A stretch of 64,000 nt of DNA from Lama guanicoe (lineage: Eukaryota): positions 1,861,104 to 1,925,103 of the forward strand of contig MU054098.1 in the NCBI GenBank assembly GCA_013239625.1, written 5' to 3'. Below, piece by piece: positions 28,272 through 40,270 of the stretch. The notes below the pieces were generated by a model. That model made no database searches, was not told the DNA's origin, and saw nothing but the letters and a program-made list of their open reading frames with translations. A program made the position numbers and the translations under genes. Every line of letters starts with the position of its first letter. The stretch's first letter is position 1.

Positions 28272-28571
28272 CAGGTCAGTTACAAAAGGACAAATATTCT
28301 ATGATTCCACTTACATGAGATACCTAGAGGAGTCCAATTTGTAGAGACAGAATGTAGAATGGTGGTTGCCAGGGAGTTATTGTTTAATGGGTAAGGAGTT
28401 TCAGTTTGGAAAGATGAAAAATTTCTGGAGATCAAGTGTTGACAGTTGCACAACCGCGTAAATGTACTTAATGTCACTGAACTGTATACTTAAAAATGGT
28501 TAAGGTGGTAAATTTTGTGTTAGGTATATTTTTACCACAGTTTTAAAAGATTTTAATTAAAATTAAAAAAA
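28272..28571 (+). mobile_element. L1MA/MB-type 3' end with TSD
   Basis: caaaaggacaaatattctatgattccacttacatgag...gaactgtatacttaaaaatggttaagg; 13-bp TSD taaaataactaaa at 28259-28271 and 28572-28584. Confidence 0.88.
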
Positions 28572-28679
28572 TAAAATAACTAAATGAAAATATTTCTCTC
28601 CTTTCCTCTTGTCCTTCTTAAAAGATCTGTCTCCTTTTATTTCCCATTCAACCTATTTCCCATCCTGTCACTAGAATGG

Positions 28680-29210
28680 TGACTCTGACCACAACACTCC
28701 TCATTAACCACTATAAGATAAAATGCAGTTTCCAGCCTGACATGCAAGGCTCTTCACCTAAAGCCCCTGCCCGGCCCCACCTCCTAGCCCTGCGCTATTT
28801 TGTTATCTGTGGGCAAACCATACCAAGTTGCTCTTACTTTTCCAAACACGTGGTTTTTCATGACTTCTTGTCTCTGCCCAAAATGCCTCAGAGTCCCTTA
28901 TCTGCCTGATGAACACCTCATCATTCAAGACTAGGCCTAGTGTCTCCCTGTGGAGCCTTCTTTGACAACCTCCCCCACCCCTCAGACCAACCAGAACACT
29001 GCCTCTTTTGTACCCCAATCTACCTAGTATAGCACTCTACCACAGCAGGTAGCACACTGCATTGCAATGGTTTGTTTACATGTCTGTGTCCCTCACTAGA
29101 CTGGGGGAGACCTCAAGGGCTCATTCATGTTTGTACCCCTAGAATTTAGATTGAATTAGAATGCTGCATAGGAACTGATTAATGCATTGCTGAGTAAGTG
29201 AATGAATACA
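28680..29210 (+). mobile_element. L2 3' region
   Basis: ctcatcattcaagactaggcc...gtttgtttacatgtctgtgtccctcactagact...tgagtaagtgaatgaat, the L2 terminus. Confidence 0.75.
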
Positions 29211-32162
29211 GAGAAGTGGAAGCAAGATATGTTCATTTTTATCCCAGTTTCTACCATTACTATCAGTAAAAATCCTAAAAAAAATAAAATAAAATTCTTA
29301 AAGAGGCTGTGTTGTCAGGGCATCAGGCAGTCCAATACCTGATGATGGAAAAGAAAAGGGGTAGCGAGCCTAAAATGCCTAAGAATCCTCTCCCTCGCTT
29401 CTTTCCTGCCTCTAAAGAAAGCACATCAGTCTTCAAGCCAAAGGTGTTTCCCCTTCACATGGCCTGACTGATAAAGGACTCAGAGCTGGGGTAGGGGCGG
29501 TGCTAGAGGGGAGTAACTGAAAAGAAGGAAAGTTTATCCTAGTCTTCTCATGTTGGAACTGAACTTGTTTTTTTTTTCTCCATAGAAATGTCATTATATA
29601 TGATATACATACTTTACTTCAACACTCTATGGGTTAAATAGCCTTGGGTGGACTGATTTGGGAATATGCCCGTAATTTATAACATTGTTTTTATGGGAAA
29701 ATTGTTTCTGAGTTCAAAAAAACAAACCTTTGGAACCTAACTTGGGGACTTCCTGAGTTCTTTTTGTAAGTACAGTGAGTGTATCAATGGGAATTTAGAG
29801 ATCTATGAAAATGAAGAGTTTTAATCAAGGGAAAAGTGATCGTGGCCCTATTTAACTATAACATTACAGGTATTATGACTAGATTATGCCAATCCTACTC
29901 TGCAATTCTTGAAATACCCATTATCACAACTGGTAGTATATCCTATAACAAAGTAATTGAAATAAAGTTGAAAAATGTAAGTTTCTATTTTAACGTGGTC
30001 TCATAAAGGTCCACCATCCAATATAATCTAATTGTCATACATGACGCCTGCAACTTTACTTCAGGATACAAGCCGCCTGTGAAAGTGACGTACCCTCTCT
30101 CAAGCACTTTTACAGCAAAATGTCAGACCATGAAAATGACTCACTGACTTACAGTTTGTCATCAGGGTAAAATATTCCCTGAAATAAAACAGTCTTCTGT
30201 AGGGACCCTCTGTGCGTAAACAGATGCATTTGAAAGCCCGTCTGACCTAAATGGTTATTTCTGGCCATTCCCCTTCCCACAACCAAATGTTTGTGATATA
30301 CGACTACACGGTCAAAGGCTGAGAGGCAATATGCATGATTTGAGAGGAAACAGTTCATCCACTGACACTACACAGAAAAGTTGAAGAAAGAGGCTTTCTT
30401 CTTTAAAAAAAATAGACGCAAAAATCTAAGACTGCTTTTAAAAATCACCATTTTCCTGTTAGAAAAAACAATCATGGATATCTGTCAAATACTAATGACA
30501 GTCTGTCAATCACACCCCAATCCCGCCCCTCCCTGTTTTCAAGAGCTTGTCTTCTTATTGTAAAACTAGCTTTTAACTATTTCCAAAGCAACAGAATTAT
30601 ATTGCTGCTATGTGTGACTGAAATGTGTGACAGGTTGTTTGGATTGTAATTTCAAGGCCTCAGTTATGACCCTACCAGCGAACACACTCTCCTCATTCAA
30701 TAGAGCCTTGTGTCTACATAATGTCAAACAAATGGTAGGGCACTAAACAAATAATGAGCTGATTCAGTAACCTGTGGAGCGTCTCAGGTCATGCCTACAC
30801 CATAGGCTGGCAACTTGAAATTATTCTGAGAAGCACAGTCAAGCCTGCCCTACGGCAACACTTGAAGCTGAGGAACTGTCTGGGCCAGCCTCCCACATTT
30901 CGTCTTGATACACCGTCCTGAACACGCAGAACACATTCATTTGCTAAATACTTAAATGAATGAACCTTAAGGAAAAATTCTTGGGTCGTTCTGAAATGGA
31001 CTCAAGTTGCCCATACAGTATTTTCTTAAATGTTCCCCATAAAGACATCTTCAGCTAACGCAAATTAAGGGGACTTCTCTGGCTGTCTAGTGACTCAGGG
31101 CACGGCTATATTTAAAGGGAGTGATATATAAAGGGTGGGGCCCATGGAGGGTAGAAGCAAGCAGTGGGCTGAAGGGTTCAGGGAAGGTGACAGAGATGAT
31201 ATAGGCCTTGGGCCCTGCTTTTTAACAGGTAGACTTCTCTTCTCTACCACTAGCTCTATCTGTGAATTCATCTTTCCATCCTTCCTACCAATCTCAAAAT
31301 AAGATGTGCACCCAATCATTGTTCAAGCTCAGGATTCCTGCCTTTCCTGTGATCATTTCAAGCACTTATTATTGCCACATTTGGTATGGACAGCTCTACT
31401 GACTACACAACTGGATTATCATCTACCTGGAAGAAGGGACTTTGACTTCTACCCCCGAGGACAGCTAAACAATGCTGGACATGTCCTCTCTTCCTGCTCC
31501 AGCTAGATGTTTTAACTTGCTCTTCTTTGCTTACTTACGGGCACAGGACTTTCTGACTGGTAAAAACAACAACAAAACCATGACTCTGCCTTCCCTAAGC
31601 TTTTATCACCAATCTGCTTCTCTTCTTACTGTCTGCTTTTCCCTCTGTGACATCATCCACTCTCAGAATTTCAACTCTCAGTTATGAAGACGGTTTCTAA
31701 GAGGCTATCTCCAGCTCTGATTCTGCCTGAGTTCCAGTCCTACCTCTTAAAAGTGACTGGTGACTTTGATAACTTACTGCCATCTCCTATTTGGCCTAGG
31801 AACAAAATCCCCTTCTTCCTCCCAAACTGATTTTTCTTCCCTGATTTCTGCTAATGAAGTGTGAGTCTCTAAATTATGCTATTAAGTTCAGTTTATTTCA
31901 ACAAACATTAATTGGGTGCTTACCATGAAGGAGACATTGGGCCTAGAAATCATGCTGGTGTCTTTAAATCTTCCTTCTCATTCTGTCTTCCGTCTATCCC
32001 GAAGCTCAGTAAGTTCTTCCTTTGTAATGTAACCCATATCCAAACCTTCCTTTCTATTTGCTTTGTCACGCACTCCAGCAGCCCCAGAATTCATAATTTT
32101 AAGCTTTCGTTATAACAGCCTTCTAGCTGGTCTCCACGCTCGTATCTCTCCCGCCTGCACTG

Positions 32163-32655
32163 CAGTAGTTCTCAAACTTTGCTGCATATTAAGAATATCT
32201 GGAGATCTTTTTGAAATCGTAAGGCCCAAGCTATATCCCACACTGCAGGGAAAATGGAGTTAGTCAGGCTCCCTCGCGGGACGCCAGTGCCCAATGACTC
32301 AGCTATATTATCCCGCATGCGCAGTACCCGTGCGTTGTTACGTAATGACCTGCGCTACGCAAGCGCACTGGTTAGCCCATAGGTCGCAGTTCGATGCCGC
32401 TTTGTTTGCCTTGCTATAGAAGGCGGGTGGGACTCTCCGGGGCCGCCGCTGCTGAAACCTGTGTATGCCTCCCGCACGTCAGCGATACCTACAGCTCGGC
32501 GAGTGTTCGGTCTGCCCGAATCCCTGAACCTGCCAGGCCTCGAGTGCCTGCAGTACACATACCATTAAATTTGAATCTCGGTGTTAGGACCGAGGCATCA
32601 GTATTTCGTAAAGCCACCTGTTGTTTTTAATATACATCCAAGGTTGCGGATCAGT
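32163..32655. mobile_element. MER5-type hAT-Charlie element split by an LTR insertion
   Basis: Left half cagtagttctcaaactttgctgcatattaagaatatctggag (32163-32243). Right half cattaaatttgaatctc...ggcatcagtattt...aaggttgcggatcagtg (32563-32655). Confidence 0.8.
32244..32557 (+). mobile_element. CpG-rich solo LTR, ERVL-like (organisation resembles LTR18/LTR32 class)
   Basis: 314 bp with TG...CA ends and 5-bp TSD cacac (32239-43) / catac (32558-62). Motif order aaaatgga - tgactcag - gcgca - gttacgtaa - tataga. About 25 CpGs counted by eye. Confidence 0.75.
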
Positions 32656-33762
32656 GCTTATTCCGTTCTACTCACTATTGCCAGGACTTCTACAAGCACT
32701 GCTTTCGTTATGCAACTTACCAGCTCAAAATTAGCCTCCATTAACCAACATCAAGGCTCCTTAAATCTGGCTCGAAACCTAGGGTTTCTCACCTTCATGA
32801 CCGTATGCTGGAATTCCTTCCTTCTGCCTATCCAAATCTTACTCACCCTTTAAGGTCCAGTTTATCTGAGAATCTTTCCCTAAGGAATTCATGCCGCAGT
32901 AATTATCTACCCTCAGGGCACCTGTAGCACTTTTGGCCTATATAGTCATCATCTAAGCATTGCCTCATACTGTAGCAATATTTTGTTTCAATGTCTCATT
33001 TTCCTAATTAGTGTCTTAAGTCCTGAGGCCATAGTCTGCTTACCATACATCTCCACTGTACTTAGTTCAGTGCTATGAATATTGCAGACATACAATAAAT
33101 ACGTTGATTGGTTTATGTTCATCTTATCATAAAGGGTGCTTCAATCAACTTGTAACTAACTTTATATGTTTGTGCCATGTTGTAATATTATAAAACTAAG
33201 CAGTATGTTTAATCTCTACTCTTGTCAGTAGACAGACTAACAGAAAACAGGACAGCATTACTTTCAGGTGGGGCTGCTTGTCTTGAGTTACATCCTGGGT
33301 ATAGTAAGGCATGTAGATACACTACACATGATAAACCCTAGCGAGGCTATTAACAATTCAACATTTCCTGCTCCTGTGAGAATGCTAATTCCGTTTATCA
33401 AACAAGGACAGAAACATTGTTCCTTTAGACTGATCCTCCCTTTTTGGCTCCTCAGGACTCAAGGCTATAATCACTAGCAGCCAGAGAGGGGAGAAAACCC
33501 TCCCACTGACCTTCTGACCACTGAGTCGGAAAGTCAGGCTGATAATAGTTAAAGATGTCTATGTTCAGAAATGTTGAAATGGACCACTTGTAATTGGAAG
33601 TAGTTGTGACGTAGGGTGAAAAGTACTAAACTCGGGGTCAGAGAAGCTGGCTTCAAACCCCAGCTCTGTCACATAATTGTCCTGAACTTTAAGAAAATCA
33701 CTGGGCCTCTACTGATCTCAGTTTCTTCATCAGTAAAATGGGATTAAAAATAAATAGCATAG

Positions 33763-34710
33763 AAGACATACAAATGGCCAATAGGCACATGAAAAAATGC
33801 CCAATATCACTAATTATCAAAGAAATGCAAATCAAAACTACAATAAGATATCACTTCACACCAGTCAGAATGGCCATCATTCAAAAGTCCATAAATGATA
33901 AATGCTGGAAAGAGTGTGGAGAAAAGGGAACCCTCCTACACTGTTGATGGGAATGTAGTTTGGCACAGCCATTACTGAAAACAGTATGGAGATTCCTCAA
34001 AAAACTAAAAGTAGACTTACCATACGATTCAGCAATCCCACTCCTGGGCATATATCCAGAGGGAACTCTAATTCAAGAAGGTACATACACCCCAATATTC
34101 CTAGCAGCACTATATACAATATATAGATAGTGGAATACTAGTCAGCCATAAAAAAGAATGAAATAATGCCATTTGCAGCAACATGGATGGACCTGGAGAT
34201 CATCATTCTAAGTGAAGTAAGCAAGAAAGAGAAAGAAAAATACCATATGATATCACTCATATGTGGAATCTAAAAAAAGAAAAATAAGACACTAACAAAC
34301 TTATCTACAAAACAGAAACAGACTCACAGACGTAGTAAACAAACTTATGGTTCCCAGGGGGGAAAGAGGGTGGGAAGGGATAAATTGGGAGTTTGAGATT
34401 GGCAAATATTAACTACTTTATGTAAAATAGATAAAAACAAATTTCTAATGTATAGCACAGGGAATTATATTCAATATTTTGTGGTAATCTCTAATGAGAA
34501 AGAATATGAAAATGACTATTTCCACAGCTGTTCTTTGTCTTTTATGACATTGGATGCTCCATAAATTTTAAATTTTAATATATGTATGTATATACATATA
34601 CATGTGTGTGTGTGTGTATATATATATATACTGAAGCATTATGCTGTACACCAGAAATGAACACTTTGTAAGCTGACTATACTTCAATTAAAAAGATAAT
34701 AATAAATAAA
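33763..34710 (+). mobile_element. 5'-truncated young L1 (ORF2 C-terminus + 3'UTR) inserted in a MIR
   Basis: Encodes [43 protein letters not shown]...KGTLLHC. (TAAA)n tail and TSD aaataaatagcatag on both sides. MIR halves at ~33610-33750 and ~34725-34800. Confidence 0.92.
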
Positions 34711-34914
34711 TAAATAAATAGCATAGTGTTTGGAGGAATCATTAAATAAGACAATATATGTAACTGTTCCTAGCACATAGTAGGTACACAATAAATGTTA
34801 GCATCTTTGAATAATAAAGTTAAAACATGTAATTTGTTTGTTTAGCATAAAATGCAAATATCTTAACAAAGGGGTAGCCATCTAGTTCCCCAATGAATGT
34901 TCTACACATTCAAA

Positions 34915-35380
34915 ACAATAGCTTTTTATTTGGAAATAGTTTCAAACTTAGAAAAATTGTGAGACTAAAATGGCACAAAGAACATCCACACACCCTGTAT
35001 CCAGATGCACCTATTGTTAGCATATTCCTCTATTTTATCTGCCTGTCTATATAATCTGTATTCCTGAACCATTTGAGAGTAAGTTGCATATATCATGACC
35101 CTTTGCCCCTAAATGCTTTGGTGTATATTTCCTAGGTATAAGGATATTCTCTTACATACCACAATACAGTTAATAACTTCAGTGATATTGACATTGGTAC
35201 AATATTTTATCCAATCTACTATCTGTTTTCTAGTTTTGTCAGTTGGCCCAATAATGTCCCCTATAGCATACTGTCCTCCTTGAATACAAGACTCAGTCTA
35301 GCACGGGGTATTTAAATTAGCTGTTTTTTCTTTTTAACCTATTTCGATAGCTGTTCTTTATCTTTTATGACATTGGATGC
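34915..35380 (-). mobile_element. Old L1MC/ME 3' fragment
   Basis: tttttatttggaaatagtttcaaactta...ttcctgaaccatttgagagtaagttgca...aaggatattctcttacata. Confidence 0.75.
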
Positions 35381-35489
35381 TCCATAAATTTTAAATTTTA
35401 AACAGGTTCTTTCATAAAGTATAGCAGTTAGGAACATAAGCTCTGAAGACAGGGTGGCTGAAATGGAGTCTTTGGAACTTCCCTCCAGA

Positions 35490-35530
<41 letters not shown>

Positions 35531-35536
35531 CAACAC
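35490..35536. repeat. (CAA)n microsatellite
   Basis: About 13-14 tandem aac/caa units directly visible. Confidence 0.95.
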
Positions 35537-35987
35537 TGTAATGGGTTCAATGGTGGCTCCCTAAGAGATACGTTCATGTCCTAATCCTCAGAACCTGTGA
35601 ATGTGAATTTAACTTGAAAAAGAGTCTTTGTAGATAAAATTAAATTAAGGATTTTGAGATAAGGAGGTTATCCTGGATTATACAGGTGGGCCCTAAATCC
35701 AGTAACAAGTGTCCTTACAAGAAATGCACAGAGGAGACAGAAGAGGAGGAAGCAATGTCAAGATGGAGGTAGAGATGTGGCTAAAAGTCAGGGAATGCTG
35801 GCAGCCACCAGAAACTGGAAGAGGCAAGGAATGGAATCTCCCCTAGAGCCTCTGAAAGGGAGCACAGCCCTGCTGACACCGTGGTTTTGGACTCCTGGCC
35901 CCCGGAACAATGAGAGAATAAACTTCTGTTGCTTCAAGTCATTTAGTTTATGGAAATTTGTTACATCGGCCACAAGAAACTAATAGA
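35537..35987 (+). mobile_element. MaLR solo LTR (MLT1C-like) with TSD
   Basis: tgtaatgggttcaatggtggctccc...agaataaacttctgttgcttcaag...gaaactaataga; 5-bp TSD aacac at 35532-35536 and 35988-35992. Confidence 0.88.
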
Positions 35988-36631
35988 AACACATGTAGTT
36001 ATTCACAATCTTGTGGATTTCAGTTAGTTTGTGAACCCCAGATTGAGAAACACTGATCTTATCCTACTTTTTCATTTCCTGATCAGCAACCAGGAATTCA
36101 GGACCCAAAGCTACATAATGAACTAAGAGGAGGGAGGGGTGATTATGGCAACCAAAAGGCCCTGATATGGGATAGGATATGGAAGAATCTACAGGAACAC
36201 AGGCATCCTAGCTGGGCTTAGCAAATCAAAGGGTAGGACTGGAACTTTTCCCATGTACTTTGTCAACAGCTCAGTACTTCCTGCTTCCTCAAGAGTCCTC
36301 CTTTCCCCATTCCAATATTTGCAAACTAGAGAAAATAAACACACTGTCACACTGAAAGAATTTGAACAAAGAGAACTCAAAAAAAAGAAAGTAAGCAACC
36401 TAACACAATGCGGATGAGTAGACCATTTGACCAAGTAAATTAAGATATTAAAAACATGGCCATTCAAAAAAGATTATACATATTTTTTTCCCTTAAAAAT
36501 GTTAGGGAGTGAAAATGAGAGCTTGACTGTGGTAGAGATCAAGCTTGAACGTAGGTTCAGAGAAAGTTTATGCTTTCCAAACTTAATAACCAGGAAATGC
36601 TGTCAGCCACCTGGGTTAATTTGGGCCCTAT

Positions 36632-37096
36632 TGTGGCTTGAACTATGTTCCCTAAAAAATATATTGGAGTCCTAACCTCAAGTACTTGTGAATATGACCT
36701 TAGAAATAAGGTCTTTACAGATATAATCAAGTGACCATGAGGTCATTAGGGTGGGCCCTAATCCAACCCAACTGGTATTTTTATAAGAGGAGGAGAAGAG
36801 ATGGAGAGAGACACAGAGAGGAGAATACTATGTGGTGACTCAGTGCCACACAGAAGGAAGATGGTCACATGAAGACAGAGGCAGAGGTTGGAGTTGAGCT
36901 GCCAAAAGTGAAGGAATGCCATAAGCTAGAAGAGACAAGAAAAGATCCTCCCCTAAAAGCTTCAGAGGGAGTGTGGCCCTGTCAACACCTTGACTTTGGA
37001 CTTCTGGCCTCAAGAACTGCAAGAGAATCAATTTCTGCTCTTTTAAGCCACCTCATTTGTGGCACTTTACTATGGCAGCCCTAGGAAACTAAAACA
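36632..37096 (+). mobile_element. MaLR solo LTR (MLT1B/C-like)
   Basis: tgtggcttgaactatgttccc...gaggtcattagggtgggccctaatccaa...ggcagccctaggaaactaaaaca. Confidence 0.88.
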
Positions 37097-40000
37097 GTTA
37101 CTGAACCTCCTATGTGCCTGGCACTCTGGTAGGGACCGGGGAAACACAAAGAGAAGACAGGGCCTATTGCTTTAAAGCAGACTTCAGTTTTCTGTGATGG
37201 ATTAGTACATTTCCAGGGCCTCACAGATGCCTTTCAGATGCCCCATCTTATTTTTGTCTTATTTGCTCATATATGTAGAACATGTAGGTGCACTAAAGAC
37301 CAGATTTCTCCTGGCATCTCTGCCTATTCCATTTACTCAATGACAGGGTCATTCATGTAGCTCTCTGTCCCTCTGAGGTGCTCATGGAAGGAGACTGGGG
37401 AAGGGGAAAGGAGGAAGGTTCTAAGACAGCTTTCATTTTGTTTCCTTCCTGTATCTTTTCCAGTGAATCCATGTTCCCAATGACATACCTCCTGCTCTAA
37501 AATGAAGAGTTCCTCTCACATTTTATGAAACACTATGCAGGGACCACAATGTGGCACTGTTTTCATTCCCAAAATTTAATAAAAATACACAATTCAGTTA
37601 ATGTCACAATATAAACCTCAGGGTTTATGATGTGGTGCCGGGCAGTGGGGGAGACTGTAAATCTAAGGCCAATTACATGTCAACCTCAGTAATAAAGCCC
37701 AGGCTGGACCTTGCTGATGCCATGATAAGCCTTTCGCAAACTGATGAAGGAGGCAGTATTTGTTTTTATTCCACTCCCACGTTCATAGCTAGAGATCTCA
37801 TTTTCTATCATGCTCCACCTTCTCCCATCTGCCTACCCCTAGTTAGGTGCCCTTACTCATGTCCCTGTCACATTCTTATTTTGGCTGGCTATCGTAACCT
37901 TGCCTACTAAGTTACTAACTGATAACAAGATATCAGCTTGAGGTATGACCCCCTCAGAGAAGTTATTTTATTTTTAAAGGGGGCTATTTTAGAGATCATA
38001 AAGCCCTCAAAATCAAAAAGAATATAGCTCTAGTGATGGACTGACACACGGTGGATGAATCCTTTGGGGCAGGGGTTCTTTAATCTCCCATATTCATTTA
38101 TTCAGTTCCAACTGACATGTATTGAGCATGTACTCTTTGCCACATATTTTCTTTCACTTACTCAGCTCATTGTGTTCTTCACAACAATCTTGTGAAGTAG
38201 ATATTGACATCTTCATTTTAAAGAAAAAGAAACAGAGACAGAGAAGTGAAGTGACTTCCCATGGTCAGACAGCAAGAATTTGTAAAAGTTAGTACTAGTT
38301 CCCAATGTCTCTCTGACTCCCAGTCCAATATTCTTTCTTCTCTACTACACTGCTTTGTTAAACATGCTATAAATCTAAGGAATGCCTCCTTATGTACAAG
38401 ACTCTGCCTTGTGCCTTATGGGATAATGTAGAAATGAGTAGAGCATCTACATGACCTCTAAGAATTTAAAATCTATTTCCTTCAAATTATATCATGTAGT
38501 CAGTGCCTCAAGGCTAGTCCTGCATCCCTCGAATATCACGTTGATGGTTTTAGACACAGGTCTAAGGCACTTGTTTTCCAGAGAGTCACTCAGGGTTGGG
38601 GGCAAAGGGGGAGATAGTTGATGATACCTTCATTTGGATGCTTTCTTGAGACCAAAAATCTGAAAGTCTTCATCCTTGTCTAAGCACTGCCTACTTCTGC
38701 CTGAGGAAGCAGTAGCCTTCTGTTTACACCCAGCATCCTGCTAACCTCCTAACTCTTTCTCTGTTGTAACAGAAATGCTTCTACTGTCAAGGCTGGCCCT
38801 CTCCAATGATGGGCAGTTTCCATGGAACCTTCAATAGGACCTTTTCTCTGCTCATAGCATCCCCTAATGCTCCACATACCAACATCCCCAACCCCATATT
38901 TTCAACCCTCTGTCACCATGATTTCCCTGCTCTCTACCTATCAAACCTATTTTGCAGAGGGATCAGGTATTGAACCTTTACATATCACTGTGAATATGTT
39001 CAAATTCACTTATTCACCCATTCCAGTATTCCATTCCAAACAAATACTTTGAAGAATGTACTAGATGAAGACATCATTAATGGAAAAAAATTCATGGCAC
39101 TTTCTTTCATCTTATAGTGGGAAAGATAAACAGACCATTACAGTATAGTAGAATGTCATTAGCTTTATACTCAAAGTATAACCAGAGTACTGTAGAGGCC
39201 ACAGAGGAACATCTAACCCACACTCAGAGAACTGAAATAGCATTTCTCAAAAAGGTAATGGCTAAGCTTAGTCTCAAAGGATAAGTATTAAATAAACAAG
39301 CAAAGAAAAGGTAAGGATTTCTGGAGAGAGAGAGAGATTGATTTCTGTAGGTCAGTGATTCTGGCTTGGGTAAGTAGGCAATAAGGTAGATGGTGATGTC
39401 ATTCAGGGAGGTGAATGATACAGGAAGAGGCAGATGAGAATTATGGGTAGGGATGCAGGCAGATGATATGTTTGGCTTCGTACATGTGAATTTTGAGATA
39501 CCTTTGAAACATTCAGGGGATTTCAGCAGGCAGTTTGATACAGGGATCTTATAAGAGATATGACAAGTGGTATTGATTTTGGAGTCAATCGACATGTCCC
39601 CTTGTTGTTCTGTTAGATCATGAAAAGTCATTGGCTTCTGAATTCTCAACAGCAGGTGGAAGAAACATTGTTAAGGGGGAACAAAGTTCCAGGTATCTTC
39701 AAAATGTTTTCATGATCTTGGCCACTGGCTGGCCTTGCGCCCCCTCCTCCCCAGCTCAGTCTAGATGCTCTTGACCCAGGATAGGTGTGTGGACTTTGGT
39801 TGTGAAATATGATGTATGCAGTGGTTAATGTATTCTTCGAGGGGTGGTAGTAGACCCAAGAAAGTCATACTTGGTACCTGTCAGTCTTGGTCCCTCACTA
39901 AATGGCATTTATGCATCAAGGAGAACTGGACAGAATGAACAAGAGGTTGTATACTCCTGGTTTTGGCCTTCTTTGTTCTTAATGCTTTGTAAAGTCTTCC

Positions 40001-40107
40001 TGCCCTCCAGTTTTACATCCTCTAAACCATTCTGTACCACCACAAGGTTACTCTTCATGAAACACCACTTTCATCAGTCTCCCAAACCTCCAAAAGAACA
40101 AGTTTCA

Positions 40108-40270
40108 GGGGGAAGGATGTAGCTCAGTGGTAGAGTACACGCATAGCATGCACAGGGGCCTGGGCTCAATCTCTAGTACCTCCATTAAAATAAAATAGTA
40201 AATAAGTAAATCTAATTTACGTCCTCCCAAAATAAAAACAAACAATAAATAATATAAAATATCTTTAAAA
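40108..40270 (+). mobile_element. Camelid tRNA-derived SINE (Vic-1 type)
   Basis: gggggaaggatgtagctcagtggtagagtacacgcatagcatgcacaggggcctgggctcaatctctagtacctcc plus A-rich tail. Confidence 0.88.

Noticed and set aside
33738..33947. ORFs similar to L1 ORF2 (also 11307-11558)
   Set aside because: C-terminal fragments of 5'-truncated L1 copies with stops and deletions; not genes.
35339..35536. Poly-cysteine ORF
   Set aside because: Antisense translation of the (CAA)n microsatellite.
39224..39649. 141-aa ORF
   Set aside because: Lies within degenerate L2 sequence.
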